In this document: piece by piece, positions 1 to 10,686 of the stretch
Position numbering within the stretch: the first letter of the stretch is position 1
Layout: every line of letters begins with the position of its first letter
Assembly: GCA_965200225.1 (NCBI GenBank)
Contig: CBDATM010000001.1
Span: 516,846-580,845 of the forward strand
From: Gammaproteobacteria bacterium
Lineage (GTDB): Bacteria > Pseudomonadota > Gammaproteobacteria > Steroidobacterales > Foliamicaceae
Direction of reading: 5' to 3'
Length of the DNA stretch: 64,000 bases
Made by a program: the position numbers and the translations under genes
Notes under the pieces: generated by a model
Told to the model about the DNA's origin: nothing
Databases searched by the model: none
Seen by the model: only the letters and a program-made list of their open reading frames with translations

Positions 1-2
1 AA

Positions 3-1193
3 TGGTACGGGTACGAAGCCGCGGAACTTGCCGGCCCGCTGATCAACCTGGCGACCGTGCAGCGGGTGCAGGGCAACTATCGCGACGCGCTGTTTCATTA
101 CGAGCGCAACCTCGCGATCGTGGAGCGCAGATTGGGCAGCGACTCCATGGAACTGATCGATCCCTTACACGGGATGGCCAGGACCTTCCTGCGAATGCGC
201 GATCCCGAGGCGGCCGTCGAGCCCCTCGCCCGGGCGCTGCGCGTGACGCATGCCAATACCGGAATTTACAGCCTCGAACAAGGCCGCACGCGCGACCTCC
301 TGAGCGAACTGGCGCTGGCGGAGGGGGACCTGGAACAGGCCAATTTGCACCGCCGAGTGCAGGTGCGAGCCCATGAGCGGCGCTACGGCCCCAACGACAT
401 ACGCGTCGTTCCGGCGCTGTACAAGATCGCGGAATGGTACGAACGCACCCGTCAGACCGCCTTGCAGCGCAAGAGTTATGCTGCTGCCGATCGGATCATT
501 CAGGCGGCGGAAGGCGAGAACAGCCTCGACCGCGTGAAGGCGCTGCGTGGTCAGGCGACCAGCTTTCTCAGGGAAGCGCGGCGCCAGAAGGCCGAAGAGT
601 TCTTTGGGCGCGCGCTGAGCATCCTGCGTTCGCACCCCATGCAGGACATCCTGGGGCAGGCCAGACTGCTGATCGACATCGGTGACACGCAGACGATCTT
701 CAATCGTTCTCCCATGGCGCGCGAGAATTACCGGGAGGCCTGGGACCTGCTGAGCGCCGATGACGATGCAATGGATATGCGGTCGGAGCTACTGGAGTAT
801 CCGGTCATTCCGCTTCGCAGCGCGCGCCTGCCCGTACAGGTTCCCGGGGAAATAAGGGATCCGTCCCGCTATGAGAAACAGCCGCGCGCCGGTTCCGTGG
901 TATTGCAACTGACCCTGGAACCGGACGGCAAGGTGTCCGATGTCCAGTTGACGGAATCGGACCCGCCGGGGCTCATCGACGAGATCGTGGTGTCCCTGAT
1001 CCGGGAAGCAAGGTTCCGGCCGCAGATGCGCGATGGCGAGCCCGTGAGATCGGAAGGCGTAATTTACCGGCACCGCTTCCGCTGGTACGAGCGGCTCAAA
1101 GCGGAGGCGCCCGCTCGGGCGCCCGCCAAGGAGCAGAGTCCGGTGGAAGCAGCAGAAGAGGAACGCCCGGTCCAGTATCCCGGCGACGCCTGA
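3..1193 (+). CDS. TPR-repeat protein with C-terminal TonB domain (5' partial)
   Basis: Frame is open from the window start. Helical TPR-like repeats are followed by a TonB_C-like segment (GSVVLQLTLEPDGKVSDVQLTESDPPG...ARFRPQMRDGEPV). Confidence 0.75.
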   Translation, partial: WYGYEAAELAGPLINLATVQRVQGNYRDALFHYERNLAIVERRLGSDSMELIDPLHGMARTFLRMRDPEAAVEPLARALRVTHANTGIYSLEQGRTRDLLSELALAEGDLEQANLHRRVQVRAHERRYGPNDIRVVPALYKIAEWYERTRQTALQRKSYAAADRIIQAAEGENSLDRVKALRGQATSFLREARRQKAEEFFGRALSILRSHPMQDILGQARLLIDIGDTQTIFNRSPMARENYREAWDLLSADDDAMDMRSELLEYPVIPLRSARLPVQVPGEIRDPSRYEKQPRAGSVVLQLTLEPDGKVSDVQLTESDPPGLIDEIVVSLIREARFRPQMRDGEPVRSEGVIYRHRFRWYERLKAEAPARAPAKEQSPVEAAEEERPVQYPGDA

Positions 1194-1236
1194 GGCCGAA
1201 ACGTTGCGGAGGCGCCGATAGCGGCGGTTATCGCGG

Positions 1237-2289
1237 TTATCGCGAGGTGCTGGCGTAAGCCGCCTTGCCTTCTGCGATGGTCTCCAGAACCAGCTTGGAT
1301 CGTCCGCCCACGGCGCGGGCGAGTTCCTCGGGCACATGGGCCACCGCGGCCGCCCATTGGTCGCGTTCGGCCTGGTTCGGCCAGCGCGGTGTAATGCCGA
1401 AGCTCTGCGCGTTTTCCAGATCGTGTGCGGCCTCCCTGCGCGTGGCCTTGCGGGTTTCAGCAATGCTGGGATAGGCGTAGGCGATGACTTCCCGGTCGGC
1501 AGCCTCCAGGCTGTCCCACCAACCCTTTTCGGACACGATGACCGACATGCCGAAGCAATGCGCAGTGAGCGTAAGGTGCGGCGCCTCGCCGGAGGTTCCG
1601 GTTCGTACATAGAGGCTAATGGAGTTTTCGCCCGACTCGATCAGGCCGGTTTGCAACGAGGGCACGAGTTCGCCGAAACTCAGTGGAATGACGTCTGCGC
1701 CCAGCGCTTCGGCAAACAGGCGCGAGGCTTCGCTCGCCGAGACCCGGAAACGGCGCCCCCGCATATCCGAGGGAGACAGGATCGGCGTGACCGAATAGAT
1801 GTGGTGGAAGCCGATTTCACTCCAGGACACCAGGTGCAAGCCCTGCTCGGCAAGCAGCGAGGTGAACAATTCGGTCAGGAAGTGGTCGTAGACAAAATCC
1901 GCCTGTTCCTCCGATTCAAACAGAAACGGCGCGTAGAGGATTGCGGTTTCCGGCACCAGTGTGGAAGTCATCATCGCCGAAAGATTGCCGATATGCACCC
2001 GGCCACGCCGCAGCCCGGCCGCGATTTGCTCCTCGGAGAACTGCGCATGCACCAGCATCCGGACTTTGAACCGGCCCTGGGTCCCTTCCTCCACCTTGCG
2101 CTGGAACGTGAACCAGTGCGTTTCGCCGATCGTGTCAGGAAACGCCGTGCCGGCTGCGGTGATTTCCGTAACGTTCGCGGCGATTTCGGCGCCGGCGTTG
2201 GTCTCTCCCTGGTTTGGCGATTCCTTCGAGGGTCCGCAAGCGCTGGCCGCCAGGAGGCCGAGAACTGCGAGAAGCGCGCGGCCTTTCAT
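1237..2289 (-). CDS. TRAP transporter substrate-binding protein (DctP family), probable lipoprotein
   Basis: DctP-like motifs (APFLFES, DMRGRRFRV, LVPSLQTGLIESGEN). Start taken at MKGRALL, followed by a lipobox-like LLAASAC. Overlaps the stop of the upstream MFS gene. Confidence 0.8.
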   Translation of the reverse strand: MKGRALLAVLGLLAASACGPSKESPNQGETNAGAEIAANVTEITAAGTAFPDTIGETHWFTFQRKVEEGTQGRFKVRMLVHAQFSEEQIAAGLRRGRVHIGNLSAMMTSTLVPETAILYAPFLFESEEQADFVYDHFLTELFTSLLAEQGLHLVSWSEIGFHHIYSVTPILSPSDMRGRRFRVSASEASRLFAEALGADVIPLSFGELVPSLQTGLIESGENSISLYVRTGTSGEAPHLTLTAHCFGMSVIVSEKGWWDSLEAADREVIAYAYPSIAETRKATRREAAHDLENAQSFGITPRWPNQAERDQWAAAVAHVPEELARAVGGRSKLVLETIAEGKAAYASTSR

Positions 2290-3533
2290 GATTCCCGATT
2301 CTTCAGGCGCATCAGCAGCAACACGCACAGCACCGCAAAAGCGCACAGCACCATCATGACCGTAAAGCCGCTGCTGTAGGTTCCGGTGGTATCGGCCGTT
2401 TGCGCAAGATACCGGCCGCCAAAGGAACCGGCAAGCGAGTCGATACAGATAAAGATTCCCAGCACTTTTCCGTAGTTGCGGCCCGCATAGAACTCGGCGA
2501 TCGCCAACTGGATCATGGTGAAGGCGCCGGCGTAACCCACGCCATAAACCAGCGCATACGCAAAAGGCCAGAAAGCCTCTCCGGGAGCTGCCAGGAACAG
2601 CAATCCCAGTCCGGCGCCCAAATTGAACACGCTGGCCAGCATGACCTTCAGCTTGTCGAACTTGTCTGCCAGGTAGCCGAACAACAGCTTGCCGACGATT
2701 GCCGCCACGAAGAACACCTGATAGATGCCCGTGGCGGTGCTGTCGCCCAGCATTAGTTCGTCGCGCAGGTACAGCCCCTGGTTATTGAGCATCCCGACGA
2801 TGCAGAACCAGAGCGTGCCGGTAGCGAAGGCCAGCAGATAGAAAACCGGAGACGTGACCAGCTCCCTGAGCACGCGGAACAAGCCGTCCGGCCTGGGCGG
2901 ATCTTCCAGTTGGGTGCCTTCCACGCCGTCCGGCGCCAGACCGGACTGCGACGGATAATCGCGGAGCAGGAACAGCGCCGGAACCAGCAGCAGCACGCCG
3001 CCCACGATGGCCAGCACCATGACTGCGGTGCGCCAGTCGTGCAGGAAGTTCTCGACGATCTCCGGGAAGATGAAGCCCCCCATGCTGGACGCCAGCACCA
3101 GAATGCCGAAGGCGATGCCCCGGTAGCGGACGAACCAGCGCGAAAGCAGCATCAGGGAGGGCCCCAGCCCGGAAAACGACAGCGATATGGAAAACAGGAT
3201 GTACAAGGCCATCAACTGGTTGTGGTCCTGCACAAACGGGAACAGCGCCAGAACGAGGGTGATGCCGGCGGAGCCGATCAGCATCAGCCAGCGGACTGAA
3301 AAGCGATCGAGCAGATAGCCCGACAGAGGATTGAGCAAGGCGGTCAGCAGGAAGAAAAAATTGGCGGGACGGGTGACCTGTTCCTTGTTCCAGCCGAATT
3401 CCGCGGCGAGATCCGGAAAGATCAGCGGCATGGTGTTGATCAGAATGCCGTTTGAGGCCGCGTATATGAGAAACAGGCCAAGCAGCAGAATCCATCCGTA
3501 GAAGATTCCGCTTCGCGAACGCGTGTCTTGCAT
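2286..3533 (-). CDS. MFS transporter
   Basis: About 12 hydrophobic segments; MFS motif A variants (GYLLDRFSVR, GYLADKFDK). Confidence 0.85.
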   Translation of the reverse strand: MQDTRSRSGIFYGWILLLGLFLIYAASNGILINTMPLIFPDLAAEFGWNKEQVTRPANFFFLLTALLNPLSGYLLDRFSVRWLMLIGSAGITLVLALFPFVQDHNQLMALYILFSISLSFSGLGPSLMLLSRWFVRYRGIAFGILVLASSMGGFIFPEIVENFLHDWRTAVMVLAIVGGVLLLVPALFLLRDYPSQSGLAPDGVEGTQLEDPPRPDGLFRVLRELVTSPVFYLLAFATGTLWFCIVGMLNNQGLYLRDELMLGDSTATGIYQVFFVAAIVGKLLFGYLADKFDKLKVMLASVFNLGAGLGLLFLAAPGEAFWPFAYALVYGVGYAGAFTMIQLAIAEFYAGRNYGKVLGIFICIDSLAGSFGGRYLAQTADTTGTYSSGFTVMMVLCAFAVLCVLLLMRLKNRES

Positions 3534-3537
3534 TAAG

Positions 3538-4143
3538 TTATCCTCCCCGGAGCAGTCGGCGTCCCAGGCGCGACCACCAAAAACGGATGCCCAACAACAG
3601 GGCCAGAATCGCGCAATATACCAGCGGCTCCGCCGTATCGGCCTTCACCTGCCAGTAGAAATGCCAGCATGCCAGCATCGCGGCCGGATAGATCAGCCGG
3701 TGCAGGCGGTTCCAGCGCCTTCCCAGGCGCCGCTGCCAGCCTCGGGTGGAGGTGACGGCCAGCGGGATCAGCAACAGCACCGCGCCCATGCCCACGGCAA
3801 TGAAGGTGCGCTTGAGCAGGTCTTCGCCCAGGTGTGCAAAGTCCAGTTGCAGGTCCAGGAGGAAATACGCTAGCGGGTGCAGCGTGCAGTAGAAGAAGGC
3901 GTAGAGGCCGAGCATGCGCCGGAACCGGTACAAACGCGGCTTCTTCAGCAAGCGTGCGGCCGGCGTTACGCAAAGGGTCGCGAGCAGCAGGCGCAGCGCC
4001 CAAAGGCCGAGTTCGTCCTGAATTGCCTCGGCCGGGTTCGCGCCCAGGCCCGGCTGGACCACCCCGCCGATCCGCAGCATCAGCCAGATCAGCGGCATCA
4101 GGCAGGCCGCGAACAGCAGCGGCTTGTAGACCCGCGGGTTCAA
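3538..4143 (-). CDS. msrQ: Protein-methionine-sulfoxide reductase heme-binding subunit
   Basis: RRMLGLYAFFY..LH and WNRLHRLIY motifs; directly downstream of msrP. Start uncertain (TTG at 4143 chosen). Confidence 0.9.
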   Translation of the reverse strand: MNPRVYKPLLFAACLMPLIWLMLRIGGVVQPGLGANPAEAIQDELGLWALRLLLATLCVTPAARLLKKPRLYRFRRMLGLYAFFYCTLHPLAYFLLDLQLDFAHLGEDLLKRTFIAVGMGAVLLLIPLAVTSTRGWQRRLGRRWNRLHRLIYPAAMLACWHFYWQVKADTAEPLVYCAILALLLGIRFWWSRLGRRLLRGG

Positions 4144-4177
4144 TGGACCGGCAACCTGCCTTGCGGGTCTGGAGCGT

Positions 4178-5146
<969 letters not shown>

Positions 5147-5174
5147 ACCGCAATACTAACGCAGCCGGGTGCGC

Positions 5175-5299
5175 TGCCTGAGGCGAGTTTCTTCTCCCTC
5201 CTCTCGCAGGGGACGCATGAACCCATCCCTGGGGCTCGGCAACCGCATCCTGCTGTTGACGCCCCTGCGAGAGGAGGGAGAAGAAACTCGCCTCAGGCA
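5175..5299. repeat. Palindromic REP/REPIN-like element, copy 1 (short core)
   Basis: Perfect 38-bp inverted arms (5175-5212 and 5262-5299) around a 49-nt core ACGCATGAACCCATCCCTGGGGCTCGGCAAC...GTTGACG. Confidence 0.9.
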
Positions 5300-5342
5300 A
5301 TATACGGTCCAGCTCCGACGGTTCCGGCGTAGTGGAGGAGGG

Positions 5343-6626
5343 TTAGCGGCTGTAGCCGCGCTCTTCGTGCTGGGTGAGGTCCAGTCCCTCGATTTCGTCT
5401 TCCTCGTCCACACGCAGCGGCGTGATGGCGCCTACGAGCTTGAGGATGACCCATGTCGCCAGGGCTGTCCAGGCGGCGGTGGCCAGCAGGCCGATGGCCT
5501 GCACGCCAAGCTGTGAGCCGACGTTCATGCCTTCGGCGTATCCCATGCCGCCCAGGCTGCCGCTCACGAACACCGCGCACATCAGAAGACCCAGCGAACC
5601 GCCCACGCCATGGACCGGGAAAACGTCCAGCGAATCGTCGATTACCAGCACCCGCTTGATCAGGCGCGTTGCATAGAAACACACAACGCCGGCTGCCAGC
5701 CCGATGACCAGCGCGCCCATCGGACCGACGAAACCGGACGCCGGGGTGATCGTGCCCAGCCCCGCCACCATGCCGGTTACCACACCCAGCACACTGGGCT
5801 TGCCGAACTTGATCCACTCCATGGCGATCCAGCCCATGGCGCCGGCCGAGGCGCCTACATGGGTGACCAGCAACGCCATCGCGGCGGCGCCATCCGCGGC
5901 CAGCGCGCTGCCCCCGTTGAAGCCGAACCAGCCTACCCAGAGCATGCCGGCACCGGCCACCGTGAGCGGCAGGCTGTGCGGTGGCATGGGCTTTTTCGGG
6001 AACCCCGAACGTGGCCCCAGCACCATCGCCGCGACCAGCGCTGCAACGCCGGCGGTCAGATGCACCACGGCGCCGCCGGCAAAGTCCAGAAAGCCCATAT
6101 CGGCCAGCCAGCCGCCGCCCCATACCCAGTGACACACGGGGGCGTAGACGAGCAGCGACCAGAGCACGGAGAACAGGATCATTGCGGAAAATCGCATCCG
6201 CTCCGCAAACCCGCCAACGATCAGGGCGCAGGTGATGATCGCGAAAGTCAGTTGGAAGGTAATGAAGAGGGTTTCCGGCGCCGTTCCGCTGAGCGAATCA
6301 ACGGTCACTCCGGAAAGGAAGGCGCCGCCGAAGCCCCCGATCCACTGGTTCATGGGACCGCCGTTGCTGAACGCCAGACTGTATTGCACGACGATCCACA
6401 GCACGGTCACGATTCCGGCGATCGTGAAACACTGCATCAGAACCGACAACACGTTGCGGCGGGCCACCAGGCCTCCGTAGAACAACGCCAGCCCCGGCAA
6501 CGTCATGAACAGTACCAGGGCCGTGGAAGTGAGCAGCCAGGCGGTGTCGGCCTTGTCCAGCGTGTCGGCACCCGCCACGCTGGAGAGCAGCAGTCCGGCC
6601 ACAGCGACAAGAATCGCTCTTTTCAT
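5343..6626 (-). CDS. amtB: Ammonium transporter
   Basis: LALFYGG, DFAGGAVVH, WVGWFGFNGGS and DDSLDVFPVHG motifs; follows a P-II gene. Confidence 0.95.
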   Translation of the reverse strand: MKRAILVAVAGLLLSSVAGADTLDKADTAWLLTSTALVLFMTLPGLALFYGGLVARRNVLSVLMQCFTIAGIVTVLWIVVQYSLAFSNGGPMNQWIGGFGGAFLSGVTVDSLSGTAPETLFITFQLTFAIITCALIVGGFAERMRFSAMILFSVLWSLLVYAPVCHWVWGGGWLADMGFLDFAGGAVVHLTAGVAALVAAMVLGPRSGFPKKPMPPHSLPLTVAGAGMLWVGWFGFNGGSALAADGAAAMALLVTHVGASAGAMGWIAMEWIKFGKPSVLGVVTGMVAGLGTITPASGFVGPMGALVIGLAAGVVCFYATRLIKRVLVIDDSLDVFPVHGVGGSLGLLMCAVFVSGSLGGMGYAEGMNVGSQLGVQAIGLLATAAWTALATWVILKLVGAITPLRVDEEDEIEGLDLTQHEERGYSR

Positions 6627-6688
6627 AAAAAAATTCCTCTGCTGGGGGGTAATCCGACTTTCCGCCGCGCCCCGATTCCTAATGTACG

Positions 6689-7027
6689 CTACAGCGCCGT
6701 GTCGCCGCTCTCGCCGGTGCGGACGCGATAGGCCTCTTCAAGGTTGATTACGAACACTTTTCCGTCGCCCACCTTGCCGGTCTTGCCGGAGTCCATGATG
6801 GCCTCCACCACCCGTTCGGCCAGTTCGTCGGTGCAGGCCACCTCGATCTTGGTCTTCGGAATGAAATCGACCATGTATTCGGCGCCCCGATAGAGTTCGG
6901 TATGGCCACGCTGTCGCCCGAAGCCCTGCACCTCGGACACGGTCATGCCGTTAATGCCCAGGTCCGACAACGTGTTGCGAACGTGATCCAAGCGAAAGGG
7001 TTTGATGATGGCCATTACCAGTTTCAT
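6689..7027 (-). CDS. glnK: P-II nitrogen regulator
   Basis: GFGRQRGHTELYRGAEY and GDGKVFV motifs; linkage to amtB indicates glnK. Confidence 0.93.
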   Translation of the reverse strand: MKLVMAIIKPFRLDHVRNTLSDLGINGMTVSEVQGFGRQRGHTELYRGAEYMVDFIPKTKIEVACTDELAERVVEAIMDSGKTGKVGDGKVFVINLEEAYRVRTGESGDTAL

Positions 7028-7088
7028 GGATACCTTCCTGTGGACTGAGAAGGGGCGGTGAACATCGCAACACCGCCCGAAAAGTTTA

Positions 7089-8516
7089 TCAATGACCGCT
7101 GATCGATGTCAAAAGCGCGCCGTGCGCTTCTTCGCCGGGACCCTTGGCCGCCAGCTGGTGCTCCATCAGCGCAACAACGGCCAGTTGGCGGCCCGTCCGC
7201 GTCTGCACAATTCCAGCGATCCCCGATACGCCGTTGAGGCTGCCGGTCTTGATATGCGCGCGGCGGCTGAACGGCAGGCCCCTGTAGGTCCTCGTGAGCG
7301 TACCGTCGGTTCCGGCGATAGGCAGTGAAGCGATCAGTTCCGGATACAGCGGGCTGCGGCCGGCGTGCACCAGAACACGCCCGAGGTCGGCGGCGGAAAT
7401 TCGGGAAATGCGCGACAGGCCCGAACCGTTGTCCAGGACCAGGCTGGGCAGATGCAGGCCTTCGCGGCGCAGGACTTCGTCGGCCGCCTTGCGGGCTTTC
7501 TCAAGCGTCGCCGGCGCGCCGTGCATTTCCGCGCCCAGAGTCAACAGCAACTGGCGCGCCATCACGTTGTTGCTGTGCTTGTTCATGAAGCGCACCGCCT
7601 GGGATGCGAATTCCGACTTCAGTTCCAGCCAGGGCCGGACATCGTCCGGCGCGCTGCCGAGGCGATAGCCGCCTTCAAGTTCGCCCCCGCCCTCGCGCCA
7701 CAGCGCATCGAACAATCCGAAGGCGTAGGCAGGACTGGTAAGGGCGCGGCGGGGAATCGAGTAGGAACCGCAGTTCCTGCTGTAACTGCCGGCGAGCTCC
7801 ACCCGGTTGTCCCCCTGTCCCGTAATGCGAGTCGCCACTCCTCTCTGGAAACCGCCGCAACGTCCGCCAACCAGCCGTACGCGGTTGATCAGTTCCAGCC
7901 CGGTGAGCGGCGGTTCCAGCCGCGCGCGCACGCGGTTTGCTGCGTGGTTCGGTTCCACCACCGCTCGCACCGACTGATAGTTCATCAGCAGGGCGTAGGG
8001 AGAAGCGCTGAAGGCGCGGTGCTGGTCGGCTTCAAAGCCTTTCACTGGCAGATCGTTGGCGGGCAACCAACGGTCGTCGATAACCAGTCCTCCCTTGATT
8101 GCGCGCAGGCCGCGCTGTCTCATCATGCGCTGAAAGAGCCACACTCTCTCCATGACCAGGCGGGGATCCCCGCGGCCTTCGAGAATCAGGGGGCCGGCCA
8201 GCACGCCGTCATGTAGCTCGCCGCCAAGATAGGCTCGCGTGGTCCAGCGGTATTCCGGTCCGAGGGCCTCCAGGACCAGCCAGCCGGTAAGCACCTTGAT
8301 TACGGAAGCCGGCTTGCGGGGAATATCCGCGCCGTGGCTCAGCAGCGGCTCGTCGCCGCGCAGGTCCTGCACCCATGCGGAATAGCTGCCTTGCGGAATG
8401 CCGTAATGCGACAGAATCCCCGTTACGGCGGGCGGTAGCGCGTCCTCGGCCCTGGCTGCCCCCACGCAGCAGAGCGTGACCGCCAGGGCGGCTGCGGGAA
8501 CCCTAGACCGAAGCAC
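7089..8516 (-). CDS. dacB: D-Ala-D-Ala carboxypeptidase/endopeptidase (PBP4, peptidase S13)
   Basis: PASVIK (SxxK), SNN, GSGLSR and KTG motifs. Start re-chosen at GTG 8516 before the signal peptide. Confidence 0.88.
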   Translation of the reverse strand: MLRSRVPAAALAVTLCCVGAARAEDALPPAVTGILSHYGIPQGSYSAWVQDLRGDEPLLSHGADIPRKPASVIKVLTGWLVLEALGPEYRWTTRAYLGGELHDGVLAGPLILEGRGDPRLVMERVWLFQRMMRQRGLRAIKGGLVIDDRWLPANDLPVKGFEADQHRAFSASPYALLMNYQSVRAVVEPNHAANRVRARLEPPLTGLELINRVRLVGGRCGGFQRGVATRITGQGDNRVELAGSYSRNCGSYSIPRRALTSPAYAFGLFDALWREGGGELEGGYRLGSAPDDVRPWLELKSEFASQAVRFMNKHSNNVMARQLLLTLGAEMHGAPATLEKARKAADEVLRREGLHLPSLVLDNGSGLSRISRISAADLGRVLVHAGRSPLYPELIASLPIAGTDGTLTRTYRGLPFSRRAHIKTGSLNGVSGIAGIVQTRTGRQLAVVALMEHQLAAKGPGEEAHGALLTSISGH

Positions 8517-9198
8517 GAACGCGATTCCCCGCTCGCGACCCGATGATCCGCCATCCTCTACGACGCGCCTCGGCCGCCAGCCTCGCGTCGGGATTAATCG
8601 CCACGGGAAATCCGCAGGCCGCAAGCAGTGGCAGGTCGCTGATTGCGTTTCCGTATGCGCTTGCGCTGGAAAGGCTGGTCCCCAGGCTTTGGCAGAGCTC
8701 GCGCGCCGCCGCCAGTTTTTCCTCGCCCACCCGATGCAGTTCCGGCGGGGCAAAGCAAAAACGGCCATTGCGCTCAGCGCAGCGAGTTCCGAGCACTGTC
8801 GATACCTCCAATTCGCAAGCTACGGCTTCCGCCAGAAATTGCGGAGCGCCGGACAGCAGCACCACGATGTCTTCGCGCTGAAGATGCAGCCGCAGGCGTT
8901 CGATGCAGGGCGCAAAAAGCGCCTTGCCGAGATGCTGCGCCGCCCAGTCCCCGGCAAGAGAGCGGGCGCTTTCCGCTGTCCGCCGCCACAACAGGGACTT
9001 GTTCTTTGCGAATACGCCCAAGCCGCAGCGCGGCAGGTAGCGGAATGAGAACACGGCGTAGGCAAGCAGCCTGATCAGTCCGATCCTGCCTCGCAGCAAC
9101 AGCCAGAGCGTGAACCGCTTCTCGGTGCTTGGTTCCTTGACCAGCGTGCCGTCAATATCGAACAGTGCCAGCCGCGGCGCGGATTTCAGGTCATTCAT
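8503..9198 (-). CDS. HAD-IB family hydrolase/phosphatase
   Basis: FDIDGTL motif I, LLSG motif II, AYGNAISDLPLL motif IV and AINPD. Start taken at MNDLKS. Confidence 0.85.
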   Translation of the reverse strand: MNDLKSAPRLALFDIDGTLVKEPSTEKRFTLWLLLRGRIGLIRLLAYAVFSFRYLPRCGLGVFAKNKSLLWRRTAESARSLAGDWAAQHLGKALFAPCIERLRLHLQREDIVVLLSGAPQFLAEAVACELEVSTVLGTRCAERNGRFCFAPPELHRVGEEKLAAARELCQSLGTSLSSASAYGNAISDLPLLAACGFPVAINPDARLAAEARRRGWRIIGSRAGNRVRASV

Positions 9199-9848
9199 GG
9201 AGTTCCGCGGTTGCGGGAGAACAGGCTTCGCCGCTCTTCGGCAAGAAATTCCACGATCACCGGCATTCCCCGCAACAGGCACAGCGCAACGGCAAGGTAG
9301 GTGAGCGTCATGACGAGCAATTCAAAACCCGGTTGGATCAGCGCCCAGAATTCCGTCAGGGAAGGCAGAAGTGTTTCTACCGCAACGGGCAGAGTTCTGA
9401 TCATGAACAGGCAGACAAACGCGCAGGCTTTGATCGTGGCGTAAAACCCGCGCATGAAGCGGCTCGCGACCAGCCAGCGTGCCGCGGGCGAATCCAATAG
9501 CGCAAAGGGACTGCGCCGGTCGGCCTGGACCTTGCTGGCTCGAATGGCATCCACCAGCACGCCGCGCACCACGAATACGATGGGAATCCAGATAGGCACC
9601 AGGTCCAGGTCCGCCAGCACGATCCAGAGAGTCAGCTCAACGATGCGGTCCACCGCGATATCGAAGAGCGCGCCGAACAGGCTCTCCTCTCCCCTGCGGC
9701 GCGCCACCCATCCGTCCAGGCCGTCGGATACGAAAACCATGGTGAGAAGCGGCCATATCCACAGTTGCATCGCCGATACCGGCCGGTAGGCGACGGCCAC
9801 TACTACGATCAGCAGGAAGAGGCGGCTCAGAGTGATCAGGTTGGCCAT
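9195..9848 (-). CDS. CDP-alcohol phosphatidyltransferase family protein
   Basis: ANLITLSR and the signature SDGLDGWVARR...FGALFDIAVDR. Confidence 0.88.
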   Translation of the reverse strand: MANLITLSRLFLLIVVVAVAYRPVSAMQLWIWPLLTMVFVSDGLDGWVARRRGEESLFGALFDIAVDRIVELTLWIVLADLDLVPIWIPIVFVVRGVLVDAIRASKVQADRRSPFALLDSPAARWLVASRFMRGFYATIKACAFVCLFMIRTLPVAVETLLPSLTEFWALIQPGFELLVMTLTYLAVALCLLRGMPVIVEFLAEERRSLFSRNRGTP

Positions 9849-9912
9849 GGCGGAATTATAGACAGCCGCCGCCGATCTTATAATTTGCGCGTTGGCCGCT
9901 ATTTTGGGATTC

Positions 9913-10491
9913 ATGGGCGCACTTTCTTTTCTGCTCGGCACTGTCGCGGACCTGTACATGGTTTGTTTCGTGGTTCGCCTTGCGCTGTACTGGCATGGCT
10001 CCGATCCGCACAACCCGGTGGCCGCCGTCGTTTTGCGCCTGACCAACCCGGTGGTGGCTCCGTTCCGCCTCATGGTGAAGCCTTCCCGGCGCGTGGAGTC
10101 GCATGTGCTGGTTGCGTTTCTCCTGCTGCAGTGCGCTTTGGTCTGGCTTACGGTCAATGCTGGCTGTGTTGTCGAGCCCACCATTTTTCAGATCGTGGCG
10201 TACGGCCTGATCCGCGCCATCCGGCTGACGCTGTGGTTCTATCTCCTGGCGATCGTGGCCTGGGCCCTGATGAGCTGGTTCTCCCCAAGCGGATACAACC
10301 CCCTGGTGGGCGTGCTTCACCGCATTTGCGCTCCGGCGCTGGCGCCTATCCGGCGGGTGCTTCCGGGCATGGGCGGAATCGACTTCAGCCCCCTTGTGTT
10401 TATCCTGGGCGTGCAATTGGCGCTGTCGTTCCTGCCGGGCGCAGAAGTCGCGCGCATGATGAACTGCGCGACCGGCTTCTCTCCACTCTAA
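9913..10491 (+). CDS. yggT: YggT family membrane protein
   Basis: Duplicated YGGT-like units (NPVAAVVLRLTNPVVAPFR; PIRRVLPGMGGIDFSPLV). Confidence 0.85.
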   Translation: MGALSFLLGTVADLYMVCFVVRLALYWHGSDPHNPVAAVVLRLTNPVVAPFRLMVKPSRRVESHVLVAFLLLQCALVWLTVNAGCVVEPTIFQIVAYGLIRAIRLTLWFYLLAIVAWALMSWFSPSGYNPLVGVLHRICAPALAPIRRVLPGMGGIDFSPLVFILGVQLALSFLPGAEVARMMNCATGFSPL

Positions 10492-10686
10492 TCAGCACCG
10501 TCCGCTGGCTTGGCGCATTGCCGAGCAGTCCAGAATTCGTTGCTGGTTTGCCGATGTCGAACTGGACCAGGTTAACGTCACGCAAAGCGCCAGGCTGGAA
10601 CAGTGGACAGGAATAAAAGTTGTTATTCAATGGTACTTGTTGTAATGTCCAGCGTTTTCGTAGTTGGTTCCAGGGATTTTACTTAA

